Part shown: positions 34,134 through 44,420 of the stretch, piece after piece
Layout of the letters: each line of letters opens with the position of its first letter
Position numbering within the stretch: position 1 is the stretch's first letter
Made by a program: the position numbers and the translations under genes
Assembly (NCBI GenBank): GCA_038227875.1
Contig: JBBRPR010000025.1
Coordinates: 1 to 64,000, forward strand
Origin: Planctomycetota bacterium
Lineage (GTDB): Bacteria; Planctomycetota; SZUA-567; H5-PLA8
Length of the DNA stretch: 64,000 nt
Direction of reading: 5' to 3'
Notes under the pieces: generated by a model
The model's input: the letters and a program-made list of their open reading frames with translations, nothing else
The model's database searches: none
Told to the model about the DNA's origin: nothing

Positions 34134-34550
34134 ATGGTTTCCAATAGAATCACCCGTTCCAAAGTCACTGAAATGTCACGCTGTTTCGGCATCCCTCGCG
34201 CTCTGCCGGCTATTCAATGTCAAATTACGCAACACTGGACTTATTAACTATGGATCGTATAAATCGCATAGTAGGAATGCCGAGCTAATTTAAATAACTA
34301 TTGAAAGTTAGGTGTCGCGACGGTGGTGCAATCTGCAAAACGTCCCTCTTCCATGTTTCCTGTACTTCTATAAACACATTAGCGCGAATCGACGGTCGCC
34401 GTACGATAGCTTCGGTTCAACAATTCCGTCATCCTCCGTCGTCAGCTCCGCATACTTTCATTGCTCTTTGAATTGGCCTTTGGTCGTTGAGGACACCACA
34501 ATGAAAGGTCACTGGCTTGAGCGCGACTTGTTGACCTGGATGCGTAACGC

Positions 34551-35768
34551 ATGAAGTGGGATGCCTTAATTATCGGCGGAGGCCCGGCGGGATCGACCGC
34601 TGCGTGTCTGCTCGCGCGCAAAGGCTGGCGCGTGGCCCTGCTCGAAAGCAAAGCGTTTCCGCGCCAGAAAGTGTGCGGAGAGTACCTTTCGGCTGCAAAC
34701 CGGCTGTTGATCGAGTCGCTGGGAATTGCAGAGGACTATGACGCGCAAGCCGGGCCGGAAGTCCGGCAAGTCGGACTGTTTGCGGGCAGCCGTTCTGTGG
34801 TCGCCCCGCTGGCGGCTCCAAAAAATCAACGGCATCCGAAGTGGGGCCGGGCGCTGGGACGGGACATCCTGGATACGATGCTGCTCCGGCACGCGCAATC
34901 AGCCGGCGCTGAGATTTTTCAGCCCTGCGTTGCAGAACATCTGGAACTGATCAACGGCGGAGTGCTGTGCAGAACGAAAATGTTGAAGAACGGCGAGCAG
35001 ACCGAGTTTGAGGCGCGGGTGGCCATTGCCGCGCATGGCTCATGGGAGCCCGGTAATCTGCTGACCCAGCATTCGCCGCCGGTGCCGCGGCCTGGGCATC
35101 TCTTTGGTTTCAAAGCCCATTTAACCAATGCCGAGCTTCCGGATGGACTCATGCCGCTGCTCGCATTCCCTGCCGGTTATGGCGGACTGGTTCACAGTCA
35201 AAACGGACGGGTAAGCCTTTCCTGCTGCGTGCGACGGGACATGCTGGTGCGCCTGCCCCGAACTCCGTCCGGTATGGCCGGCGATGCCGTTCTCGCCCAT
35301 ATATGTGAGACCTGCCCTGCAGCGCGAGCGGTCCTGCAGCACGCTCAACTGGCGGACCGGTGGCTTTCGTCCGGGCCGATTCGTCCGGGCATCCGACCCA
35401 TGTATCGCGATGGAATCTTTCGCATCGGCAATGCGGCCGGAGAAGCGCATCCCGTCGTGGCGGAGGGAATCGGAATGGCGATGCAATCCGCCTGGCTCCT
35501 GGCGGAATCGCTGCCCGATCAACCTGCCTCATTTGATGAAGATGCGCGTCAGTGGGCCAGCCGGGAGTATACCCGGCGCTGGCATCAAACCTTTGTCTCG
35601 CGAATCCGCGCTGCGCGGCTTTTTGCGAATCTCGCGATGCGACCGTTGCTTTCAAACTTTGCTGCCGCCTCCATTCAATGCTTTCCTTCCGTGCTGACGC
35701 TGTGTGCGGCGTGGAGCGGAAAAGCGGCATTGCCGTTCTCGATCAGAGAAGTTGGGTATCAAGTCTGA
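34551..35768 (+). CDS. NAD(P)/FAD-dependent oxidoreductase (geranylgeranyl-reductase-like), T3PKS-associated type
   Basis: IIGGGPAGS, FPRQKVCGEYLS, GNAAGEAHPVVAEGIGMA. Confidence 0.87.
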   Translation: MKWDALIIGGGPAGSTAACLLARKGWRVALLESKAFPRQKVCGEYLSAANRLLIESLGIAEDYDAQAGPEVRQVGLFAGSRSVVAPLAAPKNQRHPKWGRALGRDILDTMLLRHAQSAGAEIFQPCVAEHLELINGGVLCRTKMLKNGEQTEFEARVAIAAHGSWEPGNLLTQHSPPVPRPGHLFGFKAHLTNAELPDGLMPLLAFPAGYGGLVHSQNGRVSLSCCVRRDMLVRLPRTPSGMAGDAVLAHICETCPAARAVLQHAQLADRWLSSGPIRPGIRPMYRDGIFRIGNAAGEAHPVVAEGIGMAMQSAWLLAESLPDQPASFDEDARQWASREYTRRWHQTFVSRIRAARLFANLAMRPLLSNFAAASIQCFPSVLTLCAAWSGKAALPFSIREVGYQV

Positions 35769-35871
35769 GCGTTGATTGCTGTTGTGCTGTGAAGAAACTC
35801 TGAAAAGTAATCCGTTTAGCCCGCGAGGCGTCGTAAAGTAATGGCTCGTTAATAGAGGGACGAAACCAATC

Positions 35872-36525
35872 ATGACGCGATACCTCCGTACGCTGCTGCC
35901 CATCCTGTTGGTGTCTTTTACCTGCGCGTCACTCATTGCAGAAGACAACGACGCGCCGAAAACTTCCCCACCGTCGATCAAGGCGGAATGGAAAGACGAT
36001 CTCAAAATCGTGTCCTATCGTGGCCGTGAATATATCGTGGGCGCGCGTAACGATAAGGCCCGGGAATTCCCGCTCGTCGGACGCCGCACGCTACACGCGA
36101 CGGTCTACTCCGCGGACACCTATCCGATGACGTTGCAGGCTCAGGAAACCTTCGTGATCTTCGACAAATCGCGCCAAGTGACGCTGGTTTACAACATCGT
36201 TACTTGCCTGAAAGGCAAGGATACCGAGAACAGCGAGAAGACCGATTGGGTGGGCGAGATTCAGCCGGCCGGCGAGCACTATCAGGGCGACATCATGCTC
36301 TTTCGTAAATACGACAAGAAAGGCCCAGCCATGAAAGCGCCGTATTATTCAATGGGCCGCGATTTTCCGATCGGCCTTAATGGCGAAGGCGGCGTCACCG
36401 TTCAATACAATTATCTCGGTGACGTGAATCTCGATCTTGCGGCGCGCGAAGTCAGCGATGAAATGGTGCAGCGCATCGTCGACGATCACGACAAGCATTA
36501 CAAAAAGCAGGAATCAAAAGACTGA
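35872..36525 (+). CDS. Hypothetical secreted protein
   Basis: Signal peptide; GAGGG SD. Confidence 0.7.
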   Translation: MTRYLRTLLPILLVSFTCASLIAEDNDAPKTSPPSIKAEWKDDLKIVSYRGREYIVGARNDKAREFPLVGRRTLHATVYSADTYPMTLQAQETFVIFDKSRQVTLVYNIVTCLKGKDTENSEKTDWVGEIQPAGEHYQGDIMLFRKYDKKGPAMKAPYYSMGRDFPIGLNGEGGVTVQYNYLGDVNLDLAAREVSDEMVQRIVDDHDKHYKKQESKD

Positions 36526-36590
36526 TCCAGAACCAGGGGAAGAATTCGTCCCCCTGGTTAGAATCCAATACTACCTATTGCCCTACCGGC

Positions 36591-38771
36591 TCAACGCTTT
36601 TCCCAAACTCGGAAAATCTGCACGCAGGCTGGCGTGAGCAGCAGCGTCCCGGCCAGAGCTGTGAGCATGGTAACTGCAGTCAGCACGCCAAAATAGACCA
36701 GGGGTTGAAATTGCGCGAACGCCAGGATGCCGAACCCTGCGGCTGCCACGATGGACGTAAACGTGATTGGTCTGCCGATGCTGTTGAATGTCGACTCCAC
36801 GGCGACGAGCGACGCGATGCCCGAACGCTTCTCGTCGCGGTAGCGTGCGAAAAAGTAGATCGTGTTGTCGACGGCGATGCCGATCGCGACACTGGCGATC
36901 ATGACCGTCGCCGCGTCGAGATGAATTCCGCGCAGCGCCATCCAGCCGAACGTCAGCATGATCGGCACCAGGTTGGGCAGCACCGATGCGGCCGCGGCGC
37001 GTATCGAGCGGAAGAGCAGTGCCATCATCACCACGATAATCCCGAACGCCGACGCGAAGCTCTTGATCTGCGTCTCCACCAGCGCGCCCTGCGCGTCGTT
37101 GAGCAGCGAAACGATGCCGGTGATGCTCACGTTTGCGTCGGGCGGAAAGTCGGCGCGTTTCACGGCGTCGCGGATGGAATCCAGCAGCGGAAAATATTCC
37201 GACGAGCCCATTGCATTCACGAGAATGCAGACGCGAAATGAGACCTGGTCGTTCTCTTCGGAATAAAAGCGGTCGGACAGTCCGCTCAACGGCGACGTTC
37301 CGCTTTTGGTCCTTCCCGCGGACGCGGCGGATTTGGGCAGCGAGTCGATTTTTCCGAGATGATCGACGCGCACAACATGCGCCAGCGTGCTGGCCTTTTT
37401 GTCCAGTCGCTTGATCCCATCGAGCACTTCGTACGCGCGATCGGCGGGGCTCGTGACGTCCAGCTCGACGGTGTAAAACCCGGTGAGACGCGTGCCGATA
37501 AACGCATAGTCGCGCGCCACCGTGGATTCCTCCGGGAAGAATTTAAGCACGTTGGACTCGGCTTGGAGCCGTGGCAGCAGCGCCGCGCATCCGGCGAGAA
37601 TCACCAGCGCGATGCTCAAGGCCAGCCACGGATGCCGCGCGATTGACACACCGCTGCGCGCACTCCAGTGATGGGGCATCGCCTCCGTGGCGCCACTGAG
37701 GGGACTGCCTGGTTTTGCGTGCGGCCGCAGCAGCGTGAGCAAACCTGGTACGATCAGCACATTCGAGAAAAACGCGATCATCAAACCCGCGGCGGAAAAG
37801 GTGCCGAGTTCTACGACGGGATCAAGATCGGAACTCAGCAGCGCGAGGAAACCGATCGCCATCGTCACGCTCATGAACAGCAGCGGCAGAAACAATTCGC
37901 GCAGCGTTTCCCGCACGGCGCGGTCGGCATCGCCGTAACGCTGTAAATTCGTGTCGTAACGCGACGCCAGCCGGATTCCATTGGACAAGCCCAGCACAAA
38001 ATGAAGCGTTGGCATGACGACGGTGACGACGTTGAGCATGTGGCCGGTCATAATCATTAATCCGACCGTCCACGCGGCGCTGACTCCGACGGCGCACATC
38101 GGCGCGACGACACCTGCGACACTGCGAAGCATGATCAGCAGCGTGACGATGCAAACGGCAATCGCCACGGGCAGAAAAATGCGGGAATCGTGTTCGGATG
38201 CCCGGTCGAGAGCGACATTGAGGCGCGGGGTGCCGGCCAGATGAGTTTCAAAATCCGGCTGCGAAAAGCCTCCAAGCACATCCTCGATCTTTCCCACGAT
38301 ATTGCGCCGCGCGTCCGGACCACTGGCGTCGCGCAGGAAGACGAACATGCCGATGGTTTTTCCGTCAGGCCCGAGCACCATATTTTTAAGGAAGGGAGAC
38401 GATTGTGCGTCGTGTTCCCACCCGGGTTTGCCCGCCCAGAGCGCATCTGCCAAATCCGGCAGATCCCAGACCCTGTCGACGCCAGGAACGTCGCGCAATT
38501 TCTGAGCGAGTTTGCGCTGGCGATCCAGCGTATCCGGGGCAAACGGGTCGTTGACCGCGGCGCCCAGAATCACAAATTCGTCCGATCCGTATTTTTTCAA
38601 AAATGCCTTGTACCGCGCGTAGTCGGCACTGGCACGCGGCAACCACACCTCCAGCGAATTGTCGATGCGCAGGCGCGGCAGGTAGAGTGCGGGAATAACA
38701 ACGCTAAGCAGGGCGGAAATCAACGCGACGCGGCGGTGGCGCGTCAAGAAATCGAGCAGGCGATCGATCAC
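36591..38771 (-). CDS. MMPL/RND-family exporter
   Basis: Two repeats of TM + soluble domain + 5 TM; GIAVDNTIYF motif. Confidence 0.9.
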   Translation of the reverse strand: MIDRLLDFLTRHRRVALISALLSVVIPALYLPRLRIDNSLEVWLPRASADYARYKAFLKKYGSDEFVILGAAVNDPFAPDTLDRQRKLAQKLRDVPGVDRVWDLPDLADALWAGKPGWEHDAQSSPFLKNMVLGPDGKTIGMFVFLRDASGPDARRNIVGKIEDVLGGFSQPDFETHLAGTPRLNVALDRASEHDSRIFLPVAIAVCIVTLLIMLRSVAGVVAPMCAVGVSAAWTVGLMIMTGHMLNVVTVVMPTLHFVLGLSNGIRLASRYDTNLQRYGDADRAVRETLRELFLPLLFMSVTMAIGFLALLSSDLDPVVELGTFSAAGLMIAFFSNVLIVPGLLTLLRPHAKPGSPLSGATEAMPHHWSARSGVSIARHPWLALSIALVILAGCAALLPRLQAESNVLKFFPEESTVARDYAFIGTRLTGFYTVELDVTSPADRAYEVLDGIKRLDKKASTLAHVVRVDHLGKIDSLPKSAASAGRTKSGTSPLSGLSDRFYSEENDQVSFRVCILVNAMGSSEYFPLLDSIRDAVKRADFPPDANVSITGIVSLLNDAQGALVETQIKSFASAFGIIVVMMALLFRSIRAAAASVLPNLVPIMLTFGWMALRGIHLDAATVMIASVAIGIAVDNTIYFFARYRDEKRSGIASLVAVESTFNSIGRPITFTSIVAAAGFGILAFAQFQPLVYFGVLTAVTMLTALAGTLLLTPACVQIFRVWEKR

Positions 38772-39031
38772 GCCGGTAACTCCAGCGTGAGCGAGTGTGA
38801 CAGTTCATACGAAGTGCTTGAAAACTGCCATGCGGTCAACGTCATGGCGAGGATTTATAACCGCGCCGCAACGTGACGCAATCGCGCTCAAAACAAATGA
38901 TACTTCGAGGTTCAGTGTTGTAGGCAATGTCAATTTCCGCCCGTTGAGCTATGATTTGGCGCAATATCTGCATGTTCCACCCAACTTCATGAAAGGATGC
39001 GACCCTGCAACGAGAACGTGAAGCTGAAATC

Positions 39032-39691
39032 ATGGATGACGAATCCCTCGATGAGCGCCTGCACGTCGAGGCGCTTCGCGGTTTGGGACGCATCAATCAG
39101 TTGAGTTTCACGGCTCGAACCTTGTGGGACCCAATCGCAGCATTTGCACGGAATGCCGGACGGCCAATACGTGTTCTAGATGTGGCAACCGGCGGCGGCG
39201 ATGTGCCGATCGCGTTGGCCGCAGCGGCCGAACGTCACGGCGCCGATATCACGTTCGCGGGCTGTGACAAAAGTGAGGTCGCGCTCCAGTGTGCGCAGAA
39301 GAAGTGCAAAGAACATTGCCAGCAAGTCACGTTTTTCAAATGGAATGCAATGACTGACTCATTTCCGGTCGATTATGACATTGCGATCAATACACTTTTT
39401 CTCCATCACCTCGATCCACAAGACACAATTAATCTGCTGGTCAAAATGAGTGCAGCCCGGATGGTGCTCGTCAGTGATCTCGTGCGCTGCAAAACCGGGT
39501 TGGCTCTGGCACACGTCGCCACGCGGTTGCTTTCCCGCTCACGCGTTGTTCATGTCGACGGCCCGCGCTCCGTCCGCGCTGCGTACACGTGTCAGGAAAT
39601 GCTAGAGATGGCCGAAGCAGCCGGGCTGCATCACGCTTCCATCCGGCCGTGTTGGCCGTTTCGAATGCTACTCTCCTGGTCGAAGCCTTGA
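39032..39691 (+). CDS. Class I SAM-dependent methyltransferase (T3PKS-associated); true start may be slightly upstream
   Basis: VLDVATGGGD, LFLHHL, DGPRSVRAAY. Confidence 0.87.
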   Translation: MDDESLDERLHVEALRGLGRINQLSFTARTLWDPIAAFARNAGRPIRVLDVATGGGDVPIALAAAAERHGADITFAGCDKSEVALQCAQKKCKEHCQQVTFFKWNAMTDSFPVDYDIAINTLFLHHLDPQDTINLLVKMSAARMVLVSDLVRCKTGLALAHVATRLLSRSRVVHVDGPRSVRAAYTCQEMLEMAEAAGLHHASIRPCWPFRMLLSWSKP

Positions 39692-39746
39692 GCGGCGCGC
39701 TCACTGGTCCCTTCACTTCAACCGCACTCGCAGGAAGCCGGATTTC

Positions 39747-40835
39747 ATGAATGCAACAATTCTGGGTCTGGGCGCCGCGGTTCCTGCGCACACGATCACA
39801 CAACATCAGGCGTTGGAATTAGCGCGCGTCTATTGCGGCGAAGGACACAATCCGCGCGCCCTTGACGTGCTCTACCGCGGAACGCGGATCAAGACGCGCT
39901 ATTCCGTCGTGACTGAATCGGCCGGGGAGGGCCGCGTGCCCTTCTTTCCCCCTCCTATCACCGTAGAAGATCGCGGTCCGGGTACGGCGCAGCGCATGCA
40001 ACGATACGAGCAGGAAGTCGTGCCGATGGCGCTACGTGCCTGCCGCGAGGCGTTCGCCGATTCCCGCGTCGACGCGGGCGCGATCACGCATGTCATTGTG
40101 GTGACGTGCACGGGATTTTTCGCGCCAGGACTCGACATCGCTTTGATCCAGTCGCTGAATTTACGCCCGAATGTACAGCGGCTGCAGGTGGGTTTCATGG
40201 GCTGTCACGGTGCGTTGAATGGACTGCAGGCTGCGCGCGATATCCTGAACGCCAACTCAGACGCATGCGTGCTGCTGTGCGCGGCGGAGCTCTGCAGCCT
40301 GCACATGCAGTACGGAAACCAGGACGGCTCGGCGGTGGCTAATGCGCTTTTCGCCGATGGCGCCGCCGCGGCGATCCTGGGCCGCAGTTCGGACTGCGCG
40401 AGTAGGCTCGGCAGCATCGCGGCCGTTGGTTCGCTAGTGGTGCCGGAATCCCGCGACGCGATGTCGTGGCGCATCGGCGACCACGGATTTGAGATGACGC
40501 TTTCGTCGCGCATTCCCGATCTGATCGAACGGCATGTGCCGCAATGGATGGATAATTGGCTGGGAAGTGCAGGACTGAAGGTCGGGGAGATTGCCGCCTG
40601 GGCCGTTCATCCCGGCGGTCCGCGAATTCTGGATGCCGTCGAAAAGTCGCTCAATCTTCCGTGCCCAATGTTGAAAGTCTCGCGCGAGATTCTGGGCGAC
40701 CACGGCAACATGTCGTCGCCGACGGTGCTTTTTATTCTCGATCGATTGCGGCAGACTGCCGGAAAAATGCCGCTACCGTGCGTGATGCTGGGCTTTGGCC
40801 CCGGATTGACGATTGAAGCTGTGCTTTTACGATAA
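39747..40835 (+). CDS. Type III polyketide synthase (chalcone synthase-like)
   Basis: Catalytic triad GFMGCHG (Cys), VHPGG (His), GNMSS (Asn); GFGPGL. Confidence 0.95.
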   Translation: MNATILGLGAAVPAHTITQHQALELARVYCGEGHNPRALDVLYRGTRIKTRYSVVTESAGEGRVPFFPPPITVEDRGPGTAQRMQRYEQEVVPMALRACREAFADSRVDAGAITHVIVVTCTGFFAPGLDIALIQSLNLRPNVQRLQVGFMGCHGALNGLQAARDILNANSDACVLLCAAELCSLHMQYGNQDGSAVANALFADGAAAAILGRSSDCASRLGSIAAVGSLVVPESRDAMSWRIGDHGFEMTLSSRIPDLIERHVPQWMDNWLGSAGLKVGEIAAWAVHPGGPRILDAVEKSLNLPCPMLKVSREILGDHGNMSSPTVLFILDRLRQTAGKMPLPCVMLGFGPGLTIEAVLLR

Positions 40836-41142
40836 CTAGCGACACGGCATCCGCAGGGCAACCGCAACGGGAACCGGCGGTTAGTCCGGTTACGTCGGGT
40901 GAGAGTAATTTCCAAAATGCCGGCGCTTAGACTGCCATAGAGTAATCCGCCCAACCGGATTGTCGATCTCCCCCCGAAAACACCCCGTACGGATCCCTCT
41001 TAAATTCGCCAGAGCAGCGTGTTAACAGCGTGCATCTCGGTTACGAGACTGCTGGGTATTGTCGGCACTAAAATCCGAGGTGTGGTGTACCTATTATGTT
41101 CGTGTGGTACTCCAAAACTCTGGACGGCTCGAGGAATGTAAT

Positions 41143-44100
41143 ATGCCCATTGTGACTCCGCTGGCGAACGTGCGATGTCTGGCTCTGGCGCTGCTTCTGG
41201 CAATGGGCGTGGCCGGTGCGGCGGAGACGGGGGCGGGGGACTCCGTAAAAGGGCGGTTATCGGCGTCGGAGGTGATCAAAAAATCGGGCGTGGCGGGTGG
41301 GTTCTGCGTGTTTCCGCAGGCTTCCAAAGACGATGCGCCGCTGCTGCTCGAACTGGCGAAGAAGCCGTCGTTCATTGTGCTGGCGATGGCTTCGGACGAA
41401 AAAGTCGTCGCCCAGCTCCGCGCGGCGGCCAGCGACGCGGGATTGCTCGAGCGCTCGCTGTACGTGGAGCAGGGATCGGGAACGGTGTTGCCGTTCGCGG
41501 ATCGGCTCGTGGATCTGCTCGTCGTCACTGAATTGACGGACGCGGCGTTGAAATCGGAACTGCGCACCGAATGGTCGCGCGTGATTGGGCCGGGACGCGG
41601 GACGGTGCTGTTCGGGCGCGCGGCGGCGGCCGGGGCGGGACTGTCGAAGGATGCGTTGACGTCGTTCGCGAAAGTGCTGCCGGCGGCGACGGTCTCCAGC
41701 GACGAGAGCGGAATGTGGGCGGTGTTGCACACGGCGCTGCCGGTGGGCTCCAACGCGTGGACGCACCGGCTGCACGCGGCGGACAACAGCCAGGTGTCGT
41801 CGGACACCACGCTGAAGGCGCCGTTTTTGACGCAGTGGTGGGGCCTGCCGCGGCAGGAAGGATTCTGGGGCACGACGGTGGTGGCCTGCAACGGGCGTAT
41901 GTTCACCATTCGCGGCAGCCGCGGGACCAATGAGCAAGTGACGATGACGGCGCGCAGCCAGAACAACGGCGTGATTCTCTGGCAGCGAGATTTGAGTCAG
42001 AAAGGCCCGAAGGGCGAACGGCTGCTCCACGGTGGCTATGTGCCAGGGCGATCGTGTACGTTTGCCACGGACGACTCGCTGTTCATCGTGGAACATCACG
42101 CAGTGATGCAGCTGGACGCGGAGACCGGTGAGATTCGCACGCGGATCGAAGGTCCGAAGCCGGAAGGGCAGATCAAGTGGATCGCCGGTTCGGGAAAAAT
42201 GCTGGTGATGCTGGCCGGCGAGATCGACGGCGTCACGCCGATTTCGTACCAGACTGTTTCAAACACGCCGGTCGGCCGTGAGCTGGCGGTCTACGATCTG
42301 GAATCGAACAAGGTCCTGTGGCACGAGACGGTCGCCGGGGACATCGACGAGCGGATGATCGTGGTCCGCGACGGGCAGCTGTATTATCTGGCGCAGGGCG
42401 TCGGCGTGGTTGGGCGCGATGTGAAGACCGGCAACGTGGTCTGGACGGATTCCGACGCGGATGTGCAGACGGAATTCAAAACGCCGGAATTGAAAGTGAT
42501 CAAGGAATTTCTGGTTTCGCTTCCGGTGCTGAGCGCACTGCCGGAGGAGCTGGTCTTCCGCGCCAAGTGGGTGAAGAACACGATCGTGCTCTCGCGAAAG
42601 GACGGCGCGATCCTGTGGAAGAAGCCGACCGAAGGCGGTTCGTATCGCGGACTGACGGCGTGCCCGGTGGGCAACCTGTGGATCGGCGGCGGCAAGCCGC
42701 TGGACCTGAAGACCGGCGCGCCGGTCACGGGCCCCAATTTTATTTCCAGCGGCTGCGGCCCGACGACCGGTACGCCGGATTACCTGATCACGTGTTTTGG
42801 CAAGGTGATGGACATCAAGACGCAGAAGGTGGTGCGCTTCGAGGACATCAAATCGCCCTGCGACGTCGGGACGATTGTCTCCGACGGCAACATGATCACG
42901 ATGCCGTCGGAGTGCGGCTGCTATTTTGAAATGAAGGGCTATCGCACGCTTGCGTCCGCCGGATCAATCACGCCGCACACGGCCGGACCGTGGAAGGAGC
43001 GGCTGACGGTTGCCGACCCGGCGGAGCCCGCGGCGCTGGCGCCGACGGACGCGGACTGGCCGTCGTACCGCCATGATGCTCAGCGCAGCGGCGCGAGCGC
43101 GTCGACAATCGGCTTTGCGGGCGTGGCGGCAAAGATTCTGTGGCAATGGGACGCGCCTGGCAGCGGAGCGCACACGTCGCCGTATCCATTTTCAATCGGA
43201 CAGAACGTGCGTCCCGATTTTGTTTCGACGGCGCCGGTCGCGGCTGACGGGCTGGTGATCTTCGGCTCGCCCGACGGGTTGATCCGTTGCCTGAAGGCGG
43301 ACAGCGGCACGGAAGTCTGGAACTTCGCCACGCATAGTCTGCTGTTCAAGCCGCCGACGATCTGGCAGGGGCGCGTGCTGGTTGGCGGCGGCGACGGGCA
43401 CATCTATTGCCTCAGCGCGCAGAGTGGAAAGTTGCTCTGGCAGCTGCAGGCGGCGCCGCACGATCGGCGGATCTTCTGGTACGGGCATTTGATTTCCACG
43501 TGGCCGGTGATGACGGGCGTGGCGGTGCAGGATGGCATTGGGTACGCGATCGCGGGTTATCAGAAGGAGAACGGGCTGCACGCGTACGCGTTCGATCCGA
43601 AGACCGGCCAGGTGATTTGGGAGAACGATGCGGCCGGCTCCGGCGGCGCGGGCGGCCCGGCGGCGGGATTCAGCTCCGGCGGCAGCCTCGCGGTCGGGCA
43701 GGGAAAACTGTGGACGCCCGCGGGCTGCTACGACATCAAGAGCGGCGAACCGAAAGCGTTGAGCGGGCAATTCGGCGGCGAAGTCGCGGTCTTCGACGCG
43801 TGGGTAATCAAGGGCGGCCGTCGTATCAGCGAGACGGAGGACACGCTGTTCAAGCCGATGGGGCAGAGCGGTTTTGCGGCGTCGAACGTCGATCCGAAAC
43901 TGGGCATTGCAACCCTCTCCGACGCGGGCGTCGCGCTGCCGGCGTGGGACGCCAGCGACGTGCTGCTGCCGCCGCGCGCGGTGAGCGGCAGCCTGACGCT
44001 CACGCCGGTCGCGGCGTTTACGAAATGGATGAGCGACTTTCCCGCGGCGCATGTGGCGTACGAGAAAGCGCCGAAAGAGTCGAAGCCGAAGCTCACGGAG

Positions 44101-44352
44101 TTGCCTGACCTGAAGACGTGGGCTAGCGATGTGGTGACGCCTGCGGCGTTCGCGCTGACGAAGGATCAGGCGGTAGTGGCGTACAGCGACGGCAAGAAGC
44201 ATCACGTCAGCGGCTATCTTCGCGCGGACGGGAAGAAAGCCTGGACGATCGACATTCCCGACCAACCGGCGATGAACGGCATCGCAGTGGACCGCGAGGG
44301 GCGGGTGCTGGTGACGCTTTGCAATGGAGGGGTGGTGTGTATCGGGAAGTGA
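41143..44352 (+). CDS. Large secreted PQQ-binding-like beta-propeller protein with an N-terminal methyltransferase-like domain
   Basis: Signal peptide; LPFADRLVDLLV, WTHRLH, DWPSYRHDAQRSG, repeated DxxTGxxxW. Confidence 0.82.
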   Translation: MPIVTPLANVRCLALALLLAMGVAGAAETGAGDSVKGRLSASEVIKKSGVAGGFCVFPQASKDDAPLLLELAKKPSFIVLAMASDEKVVAQLRAAASDAGLLERSLYVEQGSGTVLPFADRLVDLLVVTELTDAALKSELRTEWSRVIGPGRGTVLFGRAAAAGAGLSKDALTSFAKVLPAATVSSDESGMWAVLHTALPVGSNAWTHRLHAADNSQVSSDTTLKAPFLTQWWGLPRQEGFWGTTVVACNGRMFTIRGSRGTNEQVTMTARSQNNGVILWQRDLSQKGPKGERLLHGGYVPGRSCTFATDDSLFIVEHHAVMQLDAETGEIRTRIEGPKPEGQIKWIAGSGKMLVMLAGEIDGVTPISYQTVSNTPVGRELAVYDLESNKVLWHETVAGDIDERMIVVRDGQLYYLAQGVGVVGRDVKTGNVVWTDSDADVQTEFKTPELKVIKEFLVSLPVLSALPEELVFRAKWVKNTIVLSRKDGAILWKKPTEGGSYRGLTACPVGNLWIGGGKPLDLKTGAPVTGPNFISSGCGPTTGTPDYLITCFGKVMDIKTQKVVRFEDIKSPCDVGTIVSDGNMITMPSECGCYFEMKGYRTLASAGSITPHTAGPWKERLTVADPAEPAALAPTDADWPSYRHDAQRSGASASTIGFAGVAAKILWQWDAPGSGAHTSPYPFSIGQNVRPDFVSTAPVAADGLVIFGSPDGLIRCLKADSGTEVWNFATHSLLFKPPTIWQGRVLVGGGDGHIYCLSAQSGKLLWQLQAAPHDRRIFWYGHLISTWPVMTGVAVQDGIGYAIAGYQKENGLHAYAFDPKTGQVIWENDAAGSGGAGGPAAGFSSGGSLAVGQGKLWTPAGCYDIKSGEPKALSGQFGGEVAVFDAWVIKGGRRISETEDTLFKPMGQSGFAASNVDPKLGIATLSDAGVALPAWDASDVLLPPRAVSGSLTLTPVAAFTKWMSDFPAAHVAYEKAPKESKPKLTELPDLKTWASDVVTPAAFALTKDQAVVAYSDGKKHHVSGYLRADGKKAWTIDIPDQPAMNGIAVDREGRVLVTLCNGGVVCIGK

Positions 44353-44420
44353 GCCGAATTGGAATGTCGAACGGCTAACGCGGAATTTTGAATGGCGTGT
44401 GTTTAAAGCCTGAGCTGGGT

